32,000 nucleotides of DNA, taken from an archaeon (lineage in GTDB: Archaea > Iainarchaeota > Iainarchaeia > Iainarchaeales > 1-14-0-10-31-34). This document shows, piece by piece, positions 9,761 to 19,140 of this stretch (its first letter is position 1; the number at the start of each line of letters is the position of its first letter). The notes under the pieces were generated by a model that was not told the DNA's origin, did no database searches, and worked only from the letters and a program-made list of their open reading frames with translations. The position numbers and the translations under genes were made by a program. The stretch is from assembly GCA_024277355.1 (NCBI GenBank), contig JAJRVL010000004.1, forward strand, positions 210,001-242,000, read 5' to 3'.

Positions 9761-9836
9761 TTATTTCACTTTTTAGCAGTATTCCATAATAAATTAAAAT
9801 AACTGACTGATGAAACAAGTTTTGTCAAAGAATTAT

Positions 9837-10958
9837 TTATATTAATGCACCCCATGAATGTTCTGCATTGCCTATTCCTATTCCTAAATCTTTTATAGTT
9901 ACTAATTGATTTCCCTGCTTGTCTTGTAAACTAAACTGAATTATTTTAGCAGGATATTCATTGTATTTTAAACGCATTCTAATTAACCCTAAAAACTTTT
10001 TCTCAAATTTCCAGAAAGCATCAGCATAACAATCAACTGTAAACAAAAGTTTGAAGTCTTTATTTTCTGCACTAACTTTAAATACAGGCTGATTTTGTTT
10101 GTTTGTTTCTTTTTTAATTTTAATTTTTTCAAAATCATAACGTTTCATTGTCTTTTTATCAAAAAAATAAGCTGTTTGTTTTACTGAAATATTTCCTTTA
10201 GACAAAAGTTTTTTTGTTAAATTATCTTTTAGTACTGCTGTCCCAATATGAGGATTAAAATAAGATAAAATACTTCCCTTATTGAAATGGAAAATTCCCC
10301 AATACCACGGAGAAACCGGTGCATTAACAATTACTTTCTGAAAATATGCAGTTCCATTAATATTTTGTTTTTTTTCCTTATTTTTAATTGCCCCAGTAAA
10401 AGACAGCCTTGGAATTCTAAGAACTTCGTGCCCAAAAGCACCTCTAAAATAAGAACTTTTTTTTATAATTGGAGCAACAAATTTATTGTTGTCTTCAAGC
10501 TTTAAATTAAAAACAAATTTATTATCCTCTTTATTAATTTTAACTATAAACTTGTCTTTTTCTTCATAAAAAGATGTTTTGTTTTTTGAATTAGAAATCA
10601 AAGATGCAGGTTTTTTAGTTAAAGTTATTTCTCCTTGTTCTAAAATAAAATTTTCATGCATTTTTTTCCCGTCAAAAAACCAGGCAGCTGCAGTCCCATC
10701 AAAAAAACTTTTGTTTTTATGAACATTTATTTCAGTATTTATTTTTAATAATCTGTCATTACAATTAATTTCTTTTTCATTTTTTGTTGACCATAAAATC
10801 ATTAATTGCTGCGGTAAACCCTTATTGTTTTTATTTTCAATGAAAAATACCCAGAACCACCACCACCAGGTTCCTGCCCGTTTATCCTTTAAATCAATTT
10901 CCCAGATTTTTTCAGTTATTTTTTTTTCCTTGGATTTTTTTACATTATTTTCATTCAA
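9837..10958 (-). CDS. Predicted beta-rich protein resembling AttH/CrtC-type lipocalin-like proteins
   Basis: 373 aa; Trp-rich N-terminus, internal WYWGIFHFNKGSILSYFNPH, C-terminal GIGIGNAEHSWGALI. Family call is weak. Confidence 0.35.
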   Translation of the reverse strand: MNENNVKKSKEKKITEKIWEIDLKDKRAGTWWWWFWVFFIENKNNKGLPQQLMILWSTKNEKEINCNDRLLKINTEINVHKNKSFFDGTAAAWFFDGKKMHENFILEQGEITLTKKPASLISNSKNKTSFYEEKDKFIVKINKEDNKFVFNLKLEDNNKFVAPIIKKSSYFRGAFGHEVLRIPRLSFTGAIKNKEKKQNINGTAYFQKVIVNAPVSPWYWGIFHFNKGSILSYFNPHIGTAVLKDNLTKKLLSKGNISVKQTAYFFDKKTMKRYDFEKIKIKKETNKQNQPVFKVSAENKDFKLLFTVDCYADAFWKFEKKFLGLIRMRLKYNEYPAKIIQFSLQDKQGNQLVTIKDLGIGIGNAEHSWGALI

Positions 10959-11140
10959 TTAAAATCAACTTCCTTAAACTTGCACTCAAAATATAATATT
11001 AAATAAATTTATAATCTAATTTGTAAAACAACAGTAATTAAATCAAAAATAAATAATTAAATTAATTCATGAATTAATTATCTTTGTCCGCGAGTTTTTT
11101 ATAATTAAGCATATAAACCAGTAATGAATAATATTATTCT

Positions 11141-12175
11141 ATGGTAGAAATAAAAAGAGAAGGAATTATTCTTGAACCCACTAAATTAAGATTTGAAAAT
11201 AAAGGTGTATTTAATCCAGCGTGCATTAGAAAAGGAAAATATGTCCATATGTTTTACCGTGCATGGAATAAAGAAAACCGTTCAACTATAGGTTACTGTA
11301 AACTTGACGGTCCTTTAAAAGTTGTAGAAAGACTGGAAAAACCTTTAATGTTTCAGGAACAAGATTATGAATATAATCTGGAAGACCCAAGAATTGTTTT
11401 TCTTGAAGGAAAATATTATTTAAGTTATATTGCTTATGACGGCAAAAACGTACATATATCTTATGCTACAGGAAAAGATATTAAAAAATTAGAAAAAAAA
11501 GGAGTAATTTCTCCTCAAATAACATATCATGAAACAGCAGATATATTGAGAAAGTGCAGTTCTAATAAACTAAAAGATAGATATTTTCTTTTTGAATCTC
11601 ATTTTAATGATGCAGTTGGCGAAGACGCATTATTATGGGATAAGGATGCTTTCTTTTTTCCAAAAAAAATTAATGGAAAGTTTGCTTTAGTTCACAGAAT
11701 TCTTCCAGACATACAGGTAATTTATTTTAATGATTTTAAAGACCTTACATTAAATTTCTGGAAAAAACATTTTGAAAGGTTATATGATTTTACAATTCTT
11801 GAATCAAGATATTGGTATGAAAACAGAAATATTGGAGGAGGCTGTCCTCCAATAGAAACCGACAAAGGCTGGCTCTTGATTTATCATGCAGTAGATGATA
11901 TGAATCAGGGCAGAATATACAGAGCAGGAGTAGCTTTGCTGGATAAAACAAATCCTACAAAAGTAATAAGCCATTTAAGAGAACCGCTTTTTTCTCCAAA
12001 AGAAAAATGGGAAAAAAAAGGAAATATAGATAATGTTGTATTTCCTACTGGAACAGCAATATTTGATGACAGGCTTTTTATTTATTACGGCGCAGCAGAT
12101 GAAAGAATTGGCGCAGTTTCTCTTGACCTTAAAGAACTTTTAAATGAATTGTTAGCTAATAAAAATAACTTATAA
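11141..12175 (+). CDS. Glycoside hydrolase family 130-like glycosidase/phosphorylase
   Basis: 344 aa; YNLEDPRIVFLEGKYYLSYIAYDG, GGGCPPIETDKGWLLIYHAV, FIYYGAADERIGAVSL: five-bladed beta-propeller GH130 pattern. Confidence 0.82.
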   Translation: MVEIKREGIILEPTKLRFENKGVFNPACIRKGKYVHMFYRAWNKENRSTIGYCKLDGPLKVVERLEKPLMFQEQDYEYNLEDPRIVFLEGKYYLSYIAYDGKNVHISYATGKDIKKLEKKGVISPQITYHETADILRKCSSNKLKDRYFLFESHFNDAVGEDALLWDKDAFFFPKKINGKFALVHRILPDIQVIYFNDFKDLTLNFWKKHFERLYDFTILESRYWYENRNIGGGCPPIETDKGWLLIYHAVDDMNQGRIYRAGVALLDKTNPTKVISHLREPLFSPKEKWEKKGNIDNVVFPTGTAIFDDRLFIYYGAADERIGAVSLDLKELLNELLANKNNL

Positions 12176-12255
12176 TTCTATAACATAATCTAATCAAAAA
12201 AAAACATGAATTTGAATTTAATCTCTTTAACTATTTTTTGAGTTAATTTTATGTA

Positions 12256-13437
12256 ATGGAAAAAAGAACAGACAGCAAAAAATCATGTTGGATACTGCAT
12301 ATGGGAACATTTCCTCCCAGAGAATGCGGCATAGCTACATTTACAAGAGATTTAACAAATGCAATGGATAAAAAATTCTCTCCTTTAATTAAATCAAAAA
12401 TACTTGCAATGAATGATAACTCTATTAACACTTATAATTACCCTAAAAATGTCTTGTTAAATTTAAATGAAGATAGTATTCAGGAATACATTGACACAGC
12501 AAAAAAAATCAATAAAATAGATGCAGTCAAACTAATTAGTATTCAGCATGAATTTGGTATTTTTGGAGGAGACTACGGAAGCCATTTAACTTCTTTTCTT
12601 AACGAAATAAACAAGCCTGTAATAATTACATTTCATTCTGTTTTACCAAAACCAAATAATCAACTAAAAAAAGTTGTTCAAAATTTAGCAGAAAAATCTG
12701 TGTGTTTTATTGTAATGACAAAAAACGCTGTTGAAATTCTCAGAAAAGATTATGAAATAAATAATCCTATTAAAGTTATTCCTCATGGAATACCAACTGT
12801 TTCATTTGGTTCAAACAAAAAAGAAAAAGAAAAAATCGGTTATAAAAATAACACTATTCTTTTAACTTTTGGAATGCTTGGCGCAGGCAAAGGCTGCGAA
12901 AATGTTATTGAGGCTTTACCTAAACTTGTAAAAAAATTCCCTAATCTTTTGTATTTAATTGTAGGAGAAACACACCCTATTGTAAGAATAAACGAAGGCG
13001 AAAAATACAGGAATTTTCTTAAAAATAAAGTAAAAGAATTAAACCTGCAAAAAAACGTAAAGTTTTACAATAAATATGTTAAGTTAAGTGAAATAATAAA
13101 ATACCTAAAGGCAGCTGATATTTATGTTTGCTCAAACACTGATCCAAATCAAGCAGTAAGCGGAACTTTAGCTTATGCAATGGGCTGCGGCAGAGCAGTT
13201 ATTTCCACTCCGTTTATACACGCAAAAGAAGCAGTTAATCCAAAAACAGGAATTTTAGTTGAATTTAATAATTCCCAGTCATTTGCAGATGCAATCCTAA
13301 AACTATTGTCAAATCCTGATTTAAAAGAAAAAATGAATAAAAATGCATATTTAAATACAAGGCATATGACTTGGCCTAATGTTGTAGAATCTTATATGGA
13401 GGTGTTTAACAAATATGCTGGGCTACATAAAATATGA
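12256..13437 (+). CDS. Family 4-type glycosyltransferase
   Basis: 393 aa; PRECGIATFTRDL, VIPHGIPTV, ILLTFGMLGAGKGCENVIEAL, ADIYVCSNTDPNQAVSGTLAYAMGCGRAVIST. Confidence 0.85.
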   Translation: MEKRTDSKKSCWILHMGTFPPRECGIATFTRDLTNAMDKKFSPLIKSKILAMNDNSINTYNYPKNVLLNLNEDSIQEYIDTAKKINKIDAVKLISIQHEFGIFGGDYGSHLTSFLNEINKPVIITFHSVLPKPNNQLKKVVQNLAEKSVCFIVMTKNAVEILRKDYEINNPIKVIPHGIPTVSFGSNKKEKEKIGYKNNTILLTFGMLGAGKGCENVIEALPKLVKKFPNLLYLIVGETHPIVRINEGEKYRNFLKNKVKELNLQKNVKFYNKYVKLSEIIKYLKAADIYVCSNTDPNQAVSGTLAYAMGCGRAVISTPFIHAKEAVNPKTGILVEFNNSQSFADAILKLLSNPDLKEKMNKNAYLNTRHMTWPNVVESYMEVFNKYAGLHKI

Positions 13438-14497
13438 AAAAACATTTCCTGAAATTAAACTAAGCCATCTAATGACACTTACAGATGATTTTGGAGTTAT
13501 CCAGTTTGCAAAAAATATAAATCCTGATACAGATTCAGGATATTCTTTAGATGACAATGCAAGAGCAATCATAGTCTGCTGTATGCATTCAACTATTTTT
13601 AAAAATAACCCTGAAATAAACCTGCTGAAAACATATATTGATTTTATTAAACATGTCCAGCAGCCTGATGGAAAATTATATAATTTTGTTGATTACAATA
13701 AAAAAGTAAATTTAGAACAATGGTCTGAAGATGCTCATGGAAGAGCAATCTGGTCTCTTGGATTTTTGATTTTTAGTAAAGGAGTTTCTCAGGAATTAAA
13801 AAATCAAGCTGAACAAATATTATGCAAAACATTTAATTTAATGAAAAACATTAAGTCTCCTCGAGCAGTTGCATTTATAATTTTAGGATTATATTTTTAC
13901 AATAAAGCAAAACCTTGTCCTGAAAATATTTCCAAAATCCGTGAATCAGCTGACCATTTAATTTCATTGTATAATGATAATTCTTCTGATGATTGGAATT
14001 GGTTTGAAAGTTATCTTACATATTCCAACAGCAAACTGCCTGAATCACTTTTCTATTCTTATCTTATTACTAAAAACAAAAAATATTTAGAGATTGCAGA
14101 ATCATCACTTGATTTTTTGATTTCTATTACTTTTAAAAATGAAGTGTTTTCTCCTGTTGGAAGCAATGGATGGTATCAAAAAAACAACCAAAAATCAAGT
14201 TTTGCCCAGCAACCAGTAGACACCGCTTCAATGGTTCAGACACTTGTTTTAGCTTATGACATAACAAAAAAAGAGAGTTACTTAAAAAATGCAATTAATG
14301 CATTTCAATGGTTTCTGGGAAAAAACGTTTTAAATCAGGCAGTCTATAATGAATCAAATGGAGGGTGCCATGACGGAATTGAAGAAATTTCAGTTAATAT
14401 AAACCAAGGAGCTGAATCAACAATTTCTTATTTAATGGCAAGATTGTCATTAAATTTATTTTTAAGGGAATCAAATAATTCTTCCATGTTTTCCTGA
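13415..14497 (+). CDS. Predicted (alpha/alpha)6-barrel glycan-associated protein
   Basis: 360 aa; MTLTDDFGVIQFAKNINPDTDSGYSLDDNARAIIVCCMHS, DAHGRAIWSLGFL, GCHDGIEE. Motifs are those of domains found adjacent or fused to GT4 enzymes; 23-bp overlap with upstream GT. Confidence 0.6.
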   Translation: MLGYIKYEKTFPEIKLSHLMTLTDDFGVIQFAKNINPDTDSGYSLDDNARAIIVCCMHSTIFKNNPEINLLKTYIDFIKHVQQPDGKLYNFVDYNKKVNLEQWSEDAHGRAIWSLGFLIFSKGVSQELKNQAEQILCKTFNLMKNIKSPRAVAFIILGLYFYNKAKPCPENISKIRESADHLISLYNDNSSDDWNWFESYLTYSNSKLPESLFYSYLITKNKKYLEIAESSLDFLISITFKNEVFSPVGSNGWYQKNNQKSSFAQQPVDTASMVQTLVLAYDITKKESYLKNAINAFQWFLGKNVLNQAVYNESNGGCHDGIEEISVNINQGAESTISYLMARLSLNLFLRESNNSSMFS

Positions 14498-15072
14498 ATA
14501 CGTCTGCATAATTGTTTTTCTAAGGGAAGCTGCCAGTTTACTGTGTATTTTCTCCAGTTAGAAGCTTTTAATTTTTGTGAATGGGCTCCAAAAAAAACAA
14601 AAATCTCGCTGTCATTTACATAGCCTGTTTTATTTGAAATTATTAAATGAGGTGTTTCATTCAAATATTTTTTACTGCACGCCATATAAGCAAGCAATGA
14701 ATGATGCCCGTCAAACAAAACCCATTTTTTATTTTTAGTTTTAACTAATTTTATGTTAGGCAGACATGAATCAGAATAAATGTCTTTTCCTGATTTTATC
14801 TGGTTAATCATAGATGTTATCTGAGGAATGCTTTTGATTCCTGTGTCATTGTGCAGGTTTATAATTTCTTTTAACAGCACCTGCTCTTCATTAAATTTTT
14901 TTTGGTTAATTGTTTTTTTTGTTTTTAGAAATATTTCTTTTCTAAAAAAATCAACGGTCTCATAAATAGTCATATTTTTTTTTGTAAAAGGAATTTTATA
15001 TACAAAAACAGTCGCAGAATTTCCCTGAATTGAATTTTGCGGCTGAATTAATTTTACAAACCTATAATCCAT
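14428..15072 (-). CDS. ParB/sulfiredoxin-like domain protein
   Basis: 214 aa; KSGKDIYSDSCLPNIKLVKTKNKKWVLFDGHHSLLAYMAC (DGHHR-like motif). Confidence 0.45.
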   Translation of the reverse strand: MDYRFVKLIQPQNSIQGNSATVFVYKIPFTKKNMTIYETVDFFRKEIFLKTKKTINQKKFNEEQVLLKEIINLHNDTGIKSIPQITSMINQIKSGKDIYSDSCLPNIKLVKTKNKKWVLFDGHHSLLAYMACSKKYLNETPHLIISNKTGYVNDSEIFVFFGAHSQKLKASNWRKYTVNWQLPLEKQLCRRIQENMEELFDSLKNKFNDNLAIK

Positions 15073-15258
15073 AAATATTAAAAAACATGAATTGACTATA
15101 AATATATTCTCTTAACACCTGCAATAAATAATAAAACTTAAATTAATACTTATTATGAGTTTTAATAAATTTATTCTGCTACTATAAACACTGTTTCACA
15201 GTTGAGCAACTAAGAAAACATTTAAAAGATTTTACTTTCTTTTAGAGTAGGTGGTTAA

Positions 15259-15690
15259 GTGAAAGTTAAAGATGTTTATGAAAGAAATTCTGGTTTTGTA
15301 GACAAGGTTTTAGAATCTGATAATCTTGAAAAAGTCATTGAAGTAATGTCATCCAATAAATCCACCCGAACAGTTTTTGTAATTGACAAAACAATGAATT
15401 TACTTGGAGTAATAACCATTCGTGAAATTTTTGGGCAAATATTTAATAAAATGAAACCAAGAATATTAAAAATATTTAATAAAAAAAAGGATTTAAAAGC
15501 AAGAGATATAATGAAAGTAGTAATATCTGTTTCATTAGATGATGATTTAGATAATGCTTTTCGTGCAGCCATTGTATCTAATCTACAGGATCTTCCTGTT
15601 TGTGAAAAAGGAAAAATTGTTGGAGAACTTGACTGTTTTGAACTTTTAGAAGGTTTGATTGCAGAAAACAAGAATTACTTCAAAGAATAA
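15259..15690 (+). CDS. CBS-domain pair protein
   Basis: 143 aa from GTG; two CBS repeats (NKSTRTVFVIDKTMNLLGVITIREI; VSNLQDLPVCEKGKIVGELDCFELLEG). GGTGG upstream. Confidence 0.85.
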   Translation: MKVKDVYERNSGFVDKVLESDNLEKVIEVMSSNKSTRTVFVIDKTMNLLGVITIREIFGQIFNKMKPRILKIFNKKKDLKARDIMKVVISVSLDDDLDNAFRAAIVSNLQDLPVCEKGKIVGELDCFELLEGLIAENKNYFKE

Positions 15691-15692
15691 TT

Positions 15693-17366
15693 TTATTCAT
15701 AATTAAATTCTGTTTTCTTTAACTGATTTAACTCAAATTCTTTTCCTTTATTGATATCCTGCAGAATAGTTTTCACTTTGTCAGCTGTAATAATAGAGGG
15801 AACCAAAACAAACTCTATTCCTGCAGCAAAAAGCTTTTTTGCAGTGTGCCCGTCATGCGCTAAAACAATAAGTTTTGCAGTCATTTTTTTTTGCTGTAAT
15901 TTTTTTGCCAGAATAATATTTGAATCAACACCCATTATAGTTGAAACAACGATTTTTGGTTTTACTTTCAGAATAAAATCAATTGTCTCTAAATCAGATA
16001 CATCTCCGTAAAGCGTATGAAAATTTAATTTACCTGCTTCTTTTAATGCTCTTGGATCAAAATCAACAACTAAAACATTTTTTTCATTTATTTTTCCCCC
16101 AAGAAAAATTCTTTTCCCTGTTTCTCCAAAACCAAGGCAAACAAAAGAATAATTTTTATCTTCAGACATATGCAGTGAATCCTCGAAAAATCTTTTGCTA
16201 TGCAAAAAAGGAAGAAACCCGGATAAAGTATTGTAAATTCTGTTATTATAAATAATAAAATAAGTTGAAACACTGATTGTTGCAACTGCAACTAAAGTAA
16301 TCATTGAAACAATTTCATTTGAAACATGTCCTGTTTTTTGCCCCAAAAAAATAAGTATTAAAGAAAACTCGCTTATTTGTGCAACAGTCAAACTTGAAAG
16401 AAAACTTGTTCTTCCCTTATAGCCTAACTTAGCCATTAAAATAAAAACAATTATTGGATTCCCTACAAGCACAAAAACTGAAAATATTATTGCAGGAATT
16501 AAAATTATATCAGAAGCAGCAAACACCAAACTTGAACCCAAAACAACAAAAAATAATACAATGAAAAAATCCCTTAAATATTTTAGTTTTCCTAATATGT
16601 TATAAGTGTAAGGAAGAGATGCAATTGAAACTCCTGCAAGAAAAGCTCCTATTTCTTTAGAAAAACCAAGAAAAATGGCAGCTGCAGAAAAAGCAAAACA
16701 CCATGAAATTGCTCCAAGAAAAAGCAGTTCCTGATTATTAGAAAGCGAATCAAATATTCTTTTAACTAAAAACTTTGAAGCAATAAAAAACAATAAAAAC
16801 AATACAATCAAACTAAAAATAAACTGGGAAAGCTGGCTGGTTAAATCAGATGAAAAAGAAAAAGAAGAAATTAAAACAAGAACAATAATTGCAACAAAAT
16901 CCTGTACAAGCAAAAAACCAATAGAAATTTTTCCATACAATGAATTCAGTTCTTTTTTGTCAGATAATAGTTTTACAATAATAATTGTACTGCTAAAAGT
17001 TAATGCAATTGCTATATACAATGACTCTAAAAAACTAAAACCCAAAAAAGATGCAATTCCAAACCCGACAAGAGTAGTAAAAACAATCTGCCCTATTCCA
17101 GTTATAACTGATGTTTTTCCTATTTCCTTAAAAATTCTTAAATCAAGATTCATTCCCACAAGAAATAAAAGAAAAGCAATTCCAAGTTCCGAAAAAACAT
17201 CCAGCAATTCTTTATAAGTAATTACATTTAAAAAAGAAGAACCTAAAATAATTCCTGCAAAAATAAAAGCAAGCAAAATAGGCTGTTTTAGTTTTCTGAA
17301 TAAAAAACCAAGCAAAGTAGCAGATATAATTACTGCTGCAAGCTCTAAAAAGAAATCCTGAATCAT
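15693..17366 (-). CDS. CPA2-family cation:proton antiporter with C-terminal TrkA-N (RCK) domain, KefB/C-like
   Basis: 557 aa; ~12 TM, AFLAGVSIASLPY, then VCLGFGETGKRIFLGGK...VLVVDFDPRALKEAGKLNFHTLYGDVSDLETI. Confidence 0.88.
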   Translation of the reverse strand: MIQDFFLELAAVIISATLLGFLFRKLKQPILLAFIFAGIILGSSFLNVITYKELLDVFSELGIAFLLFLVGMNLDLRIFKEIGKTSVITGIGQIVFTTLVGFGIASFLGFSFLESLYIAIALTFSSTIIIVKLLSDKKELNSLYGKISIGFLLVQDFVAIIVLVLISSFSFSSDLTSQLSQFIFSLIVLFLLFFIASKFLVKRIFDSLSNNQELLFLGAISWCFAFSAAAIFLGFSKEIGAFLAGVSIASLPYTYNILGKLKYLRDFFIVLFFVVLGSSLVFAASDIILIPAIIFSVFVLVGNPIIVFILMAKLGYKGRTSFLSSLTVAQISEFSLILIFLGQKTGHVSNEIVSMITLVAVATISVSTYFIIYNNRIYNTLSGFLPFLHSKRFFEDSLHMSEDKNYSFVCLGFGETGKRIFLGGKINEKNVLVVDFDPRALKEAGKLNFHTLYGDVSDLETIDFILKVKPKIVVSTIMGVDSNIILAKKLQQKKMTAKLIVLAHDGHTAKKLFAAGIEFVLVPSIITADKVKTILQDINKGKEFELNQLKKTEFNYE

Positions 17367-17516
17367 AAATTAAAACTCCTTTTTATGTTAACAGTATATT
17401 TCATTTTTCTAACCAACCTGGCCGGCATTTTACATAACAATATATTAATAACACATATAAATAGTTTCGCAGTTGTGCAAGTATGGAATCAAAAAAAAGT
17501 GATTTTAATAATATTC

Positions 17517-17786
17517 TCAAATGTGTTTTGTTACTTTATCATAGACTTTAAAAAATTGTTTTAATTCTTTTATTTTAAGAAAATAGAATTTTTCAGGGGG
17601 CTTGTATTCACAGTCAATAAGCCTTAAATCATACAGCATTTTTAAATGTCTTGAAGCAAGCGACTCACTTAAATTAAGTTTTTCGGCGATTTCATGCACT
17701 GAAACCTTTTTATTTCTGCAAAGAATCTTCAGAATATTTCTTCTGGATCTTGCTCTAATAGCCCTTGCAAGTTTTTCATCAGACAT
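17517..17786 (-). CDS. ArsR-like winged-helix transcriptional regulator
   Basis: Track start 17876 adds an atypical leader. Internal ATG (17784-17786) gives MSDEKLARAIRARSRRNILKILCRNKKVSVHEIAEKLNLSESLASRHLKMLYDLRLI. Confidence 0.75.
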   Translation of the reverse strand: MSDEKLARAIRARSRRNILKILCRNKKVSVHEIAEKLNLSESLASRHLKMLYDLRLIDCEYKPPEKFYFLKIKELKQFFKVYDKVTKHI

Positions 17787-17932
17787 TATTAACCAAAAAA
17801 AATAGCACCGATATTCTTTAAAGTCTTTAATAATTTTAATGTTCTTTTGACTGCTTAATTTACTTAATTTGTTCATTAAGAATACTTAAGTATTTATTTG
17901 TTGTATTAATTAACAGGGTTTTAGGTGAATTA

Positions 17933-19105
17933 ATGATTGATGCTTTACTTTTATTTTTTGTAGTAATTTTAGTTACTTTTGTTTTTGGAGAAATCTTTTT
18001 TAGATTTCATTTACCAAAAATTATTGGACAGATTATTGCAGGATTATTTTTTGGTCTGCCTTTTTTTACTGGTTTTTTTCCTTTAGAAAGCAATTCAATG
18101 ATTTCATTTTTATCTGAATTAGGAATAATTTTTCTGTTAATTTTAACTGGATTAGAAATTGATTTAAAAAAAATAAAGGGTTCTTCAAAAGATGTTTTGT
18201 TAATTGCTTTTTTTTCTGTTTTAATTCCTTTTACTTTAGGTTTTGGTTTTGCTTTATTTATGGGTTATTCTTTAATTGTTGCTTTTGTTTTAGGAGCATG
18301 TCTTTCTTTGACTTCAGAAGCAACCAAAACAATTGTTTTAATGCAGAAAAATGTTTTGAAAACAAGATTAGGAGAAATGATGATTGTTGCAGGAACAGCA
18401 GATGACATTTTTGAATTATTATTTTTAGCTTTATTGCTTGCTTTAATCGGAGGTAATTCAAGCCAGAGAATTATTCTTCTTCCTCTTGAAATAATTGCTT
18501 TTTTTATATTAGTTTTTATTGCATTAAAACTCCTTCCAAAGTTTATTGATTTATTTAAGCAGGAAAGTGAAGATGGTTATTTTACTTTAGCTATTCTTAT
18601 TGGATTAGGAATTGCTCTTTTATCAAGTTTTCTTTCTTTAGGACCGATTATTGGAGCATTAATTGCAGGTTTACTGCTTCAGAAAGCAATTAAATCAGAA
18701 AAAACAGAACATGCAATTGAAAATCATTTAAAGGCAATTACTTTTGCTTTAATTATTCCTTTTTTCTATTTAAACATAGGATTAAATTTTAATTTAGAAA
18801 ATATAGGTTTATATCCTTTATTATTTTTTGCAGTTTTATTAATTGCATTTACAGGAAAAATGCTTGGAGCTTTAATTGTTAAGCCTTTTACAAAACTTAA
18901 AACAAATCAGTTAACACTAATTGGATGGGGAATGAATTCAAGAGGATTAACAGAACTAATAATAATTGAAGTTGCAAGACAAAACATTCAGGGATTTCCA
19001 ATGGATTTGTATACTGCAGTTGTTTTCACTACAATAATAACAACACTGGCTTTTCCTTTAGTATTACAGTATTATCTAAAAAAATACCCAAAAATAATGG
19101 ACTAA
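17933..19105 (+). CDS. CPA2-type Na+/H+ (cation:proton) antiporter membrane domain
   Basis: 390 aa; RFHLPKIIGQIIAGLFFGLP, FLSELGIIFLLILTGLEIDL, WGMNSRGLTELIIIEVA. Confidence 0.88.
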   Translation: MIDALLLFFVVILVTFVFGEIFFRFHLPKIIGQIIAGLFFGLPFFTGFFPLESNSMISFLSELGIIFLLILTGLEIDLKKIKGSSKDVLLIAFFSVLIPFTLGFGFALFMGYSLIVAFVLGACLSLTSEATKTIVLMQKNVLKTRLGEMMIVAGTADDIFELLFLALLLALIGGNSSQRIILLPLEIIAFFILVFIALKLLPKFIDLFKQESEDGYFTLAILIGLGIALLSSFLSLGPIIGALIAGLLLQKAIKSEKTEHAIENHLKAITFALIIPFFYLNIGLNFNLENIGLYPLLFFAVLLIAFTGKMLGALIVKPFTKLKTNQLTLIGWGMNSRGLTELIIIEVARQNIQGFPMDLYTAVVFTTIITTLAFPLVLQYYLKKYPKIMD

Positions 19106-19140
19106 TTAATTTAAAGTAATTTTTTGTTTTTGAATTAATT

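Noticed and set aside
15276-15671. 131-aa minus-strand ORF opposite the CBS protein
   Set aside because: The + strand encodes clear CBS domains; the opposite frame is composition-driven.
15751-16291. Overlapping small ORFs on both strands
   Set aside because: Lie inside the TrkA-N region of the antiporter; no independent coding features.
17482-17550. 22-codon ORF starting ATGGAATCAAAAAAAAGTG on + strand after a TATA-like ACATATAAATAG
   Set aside because: Too short, overlaps the 3' end of the ArsR-like gene, and has no recognisable features.
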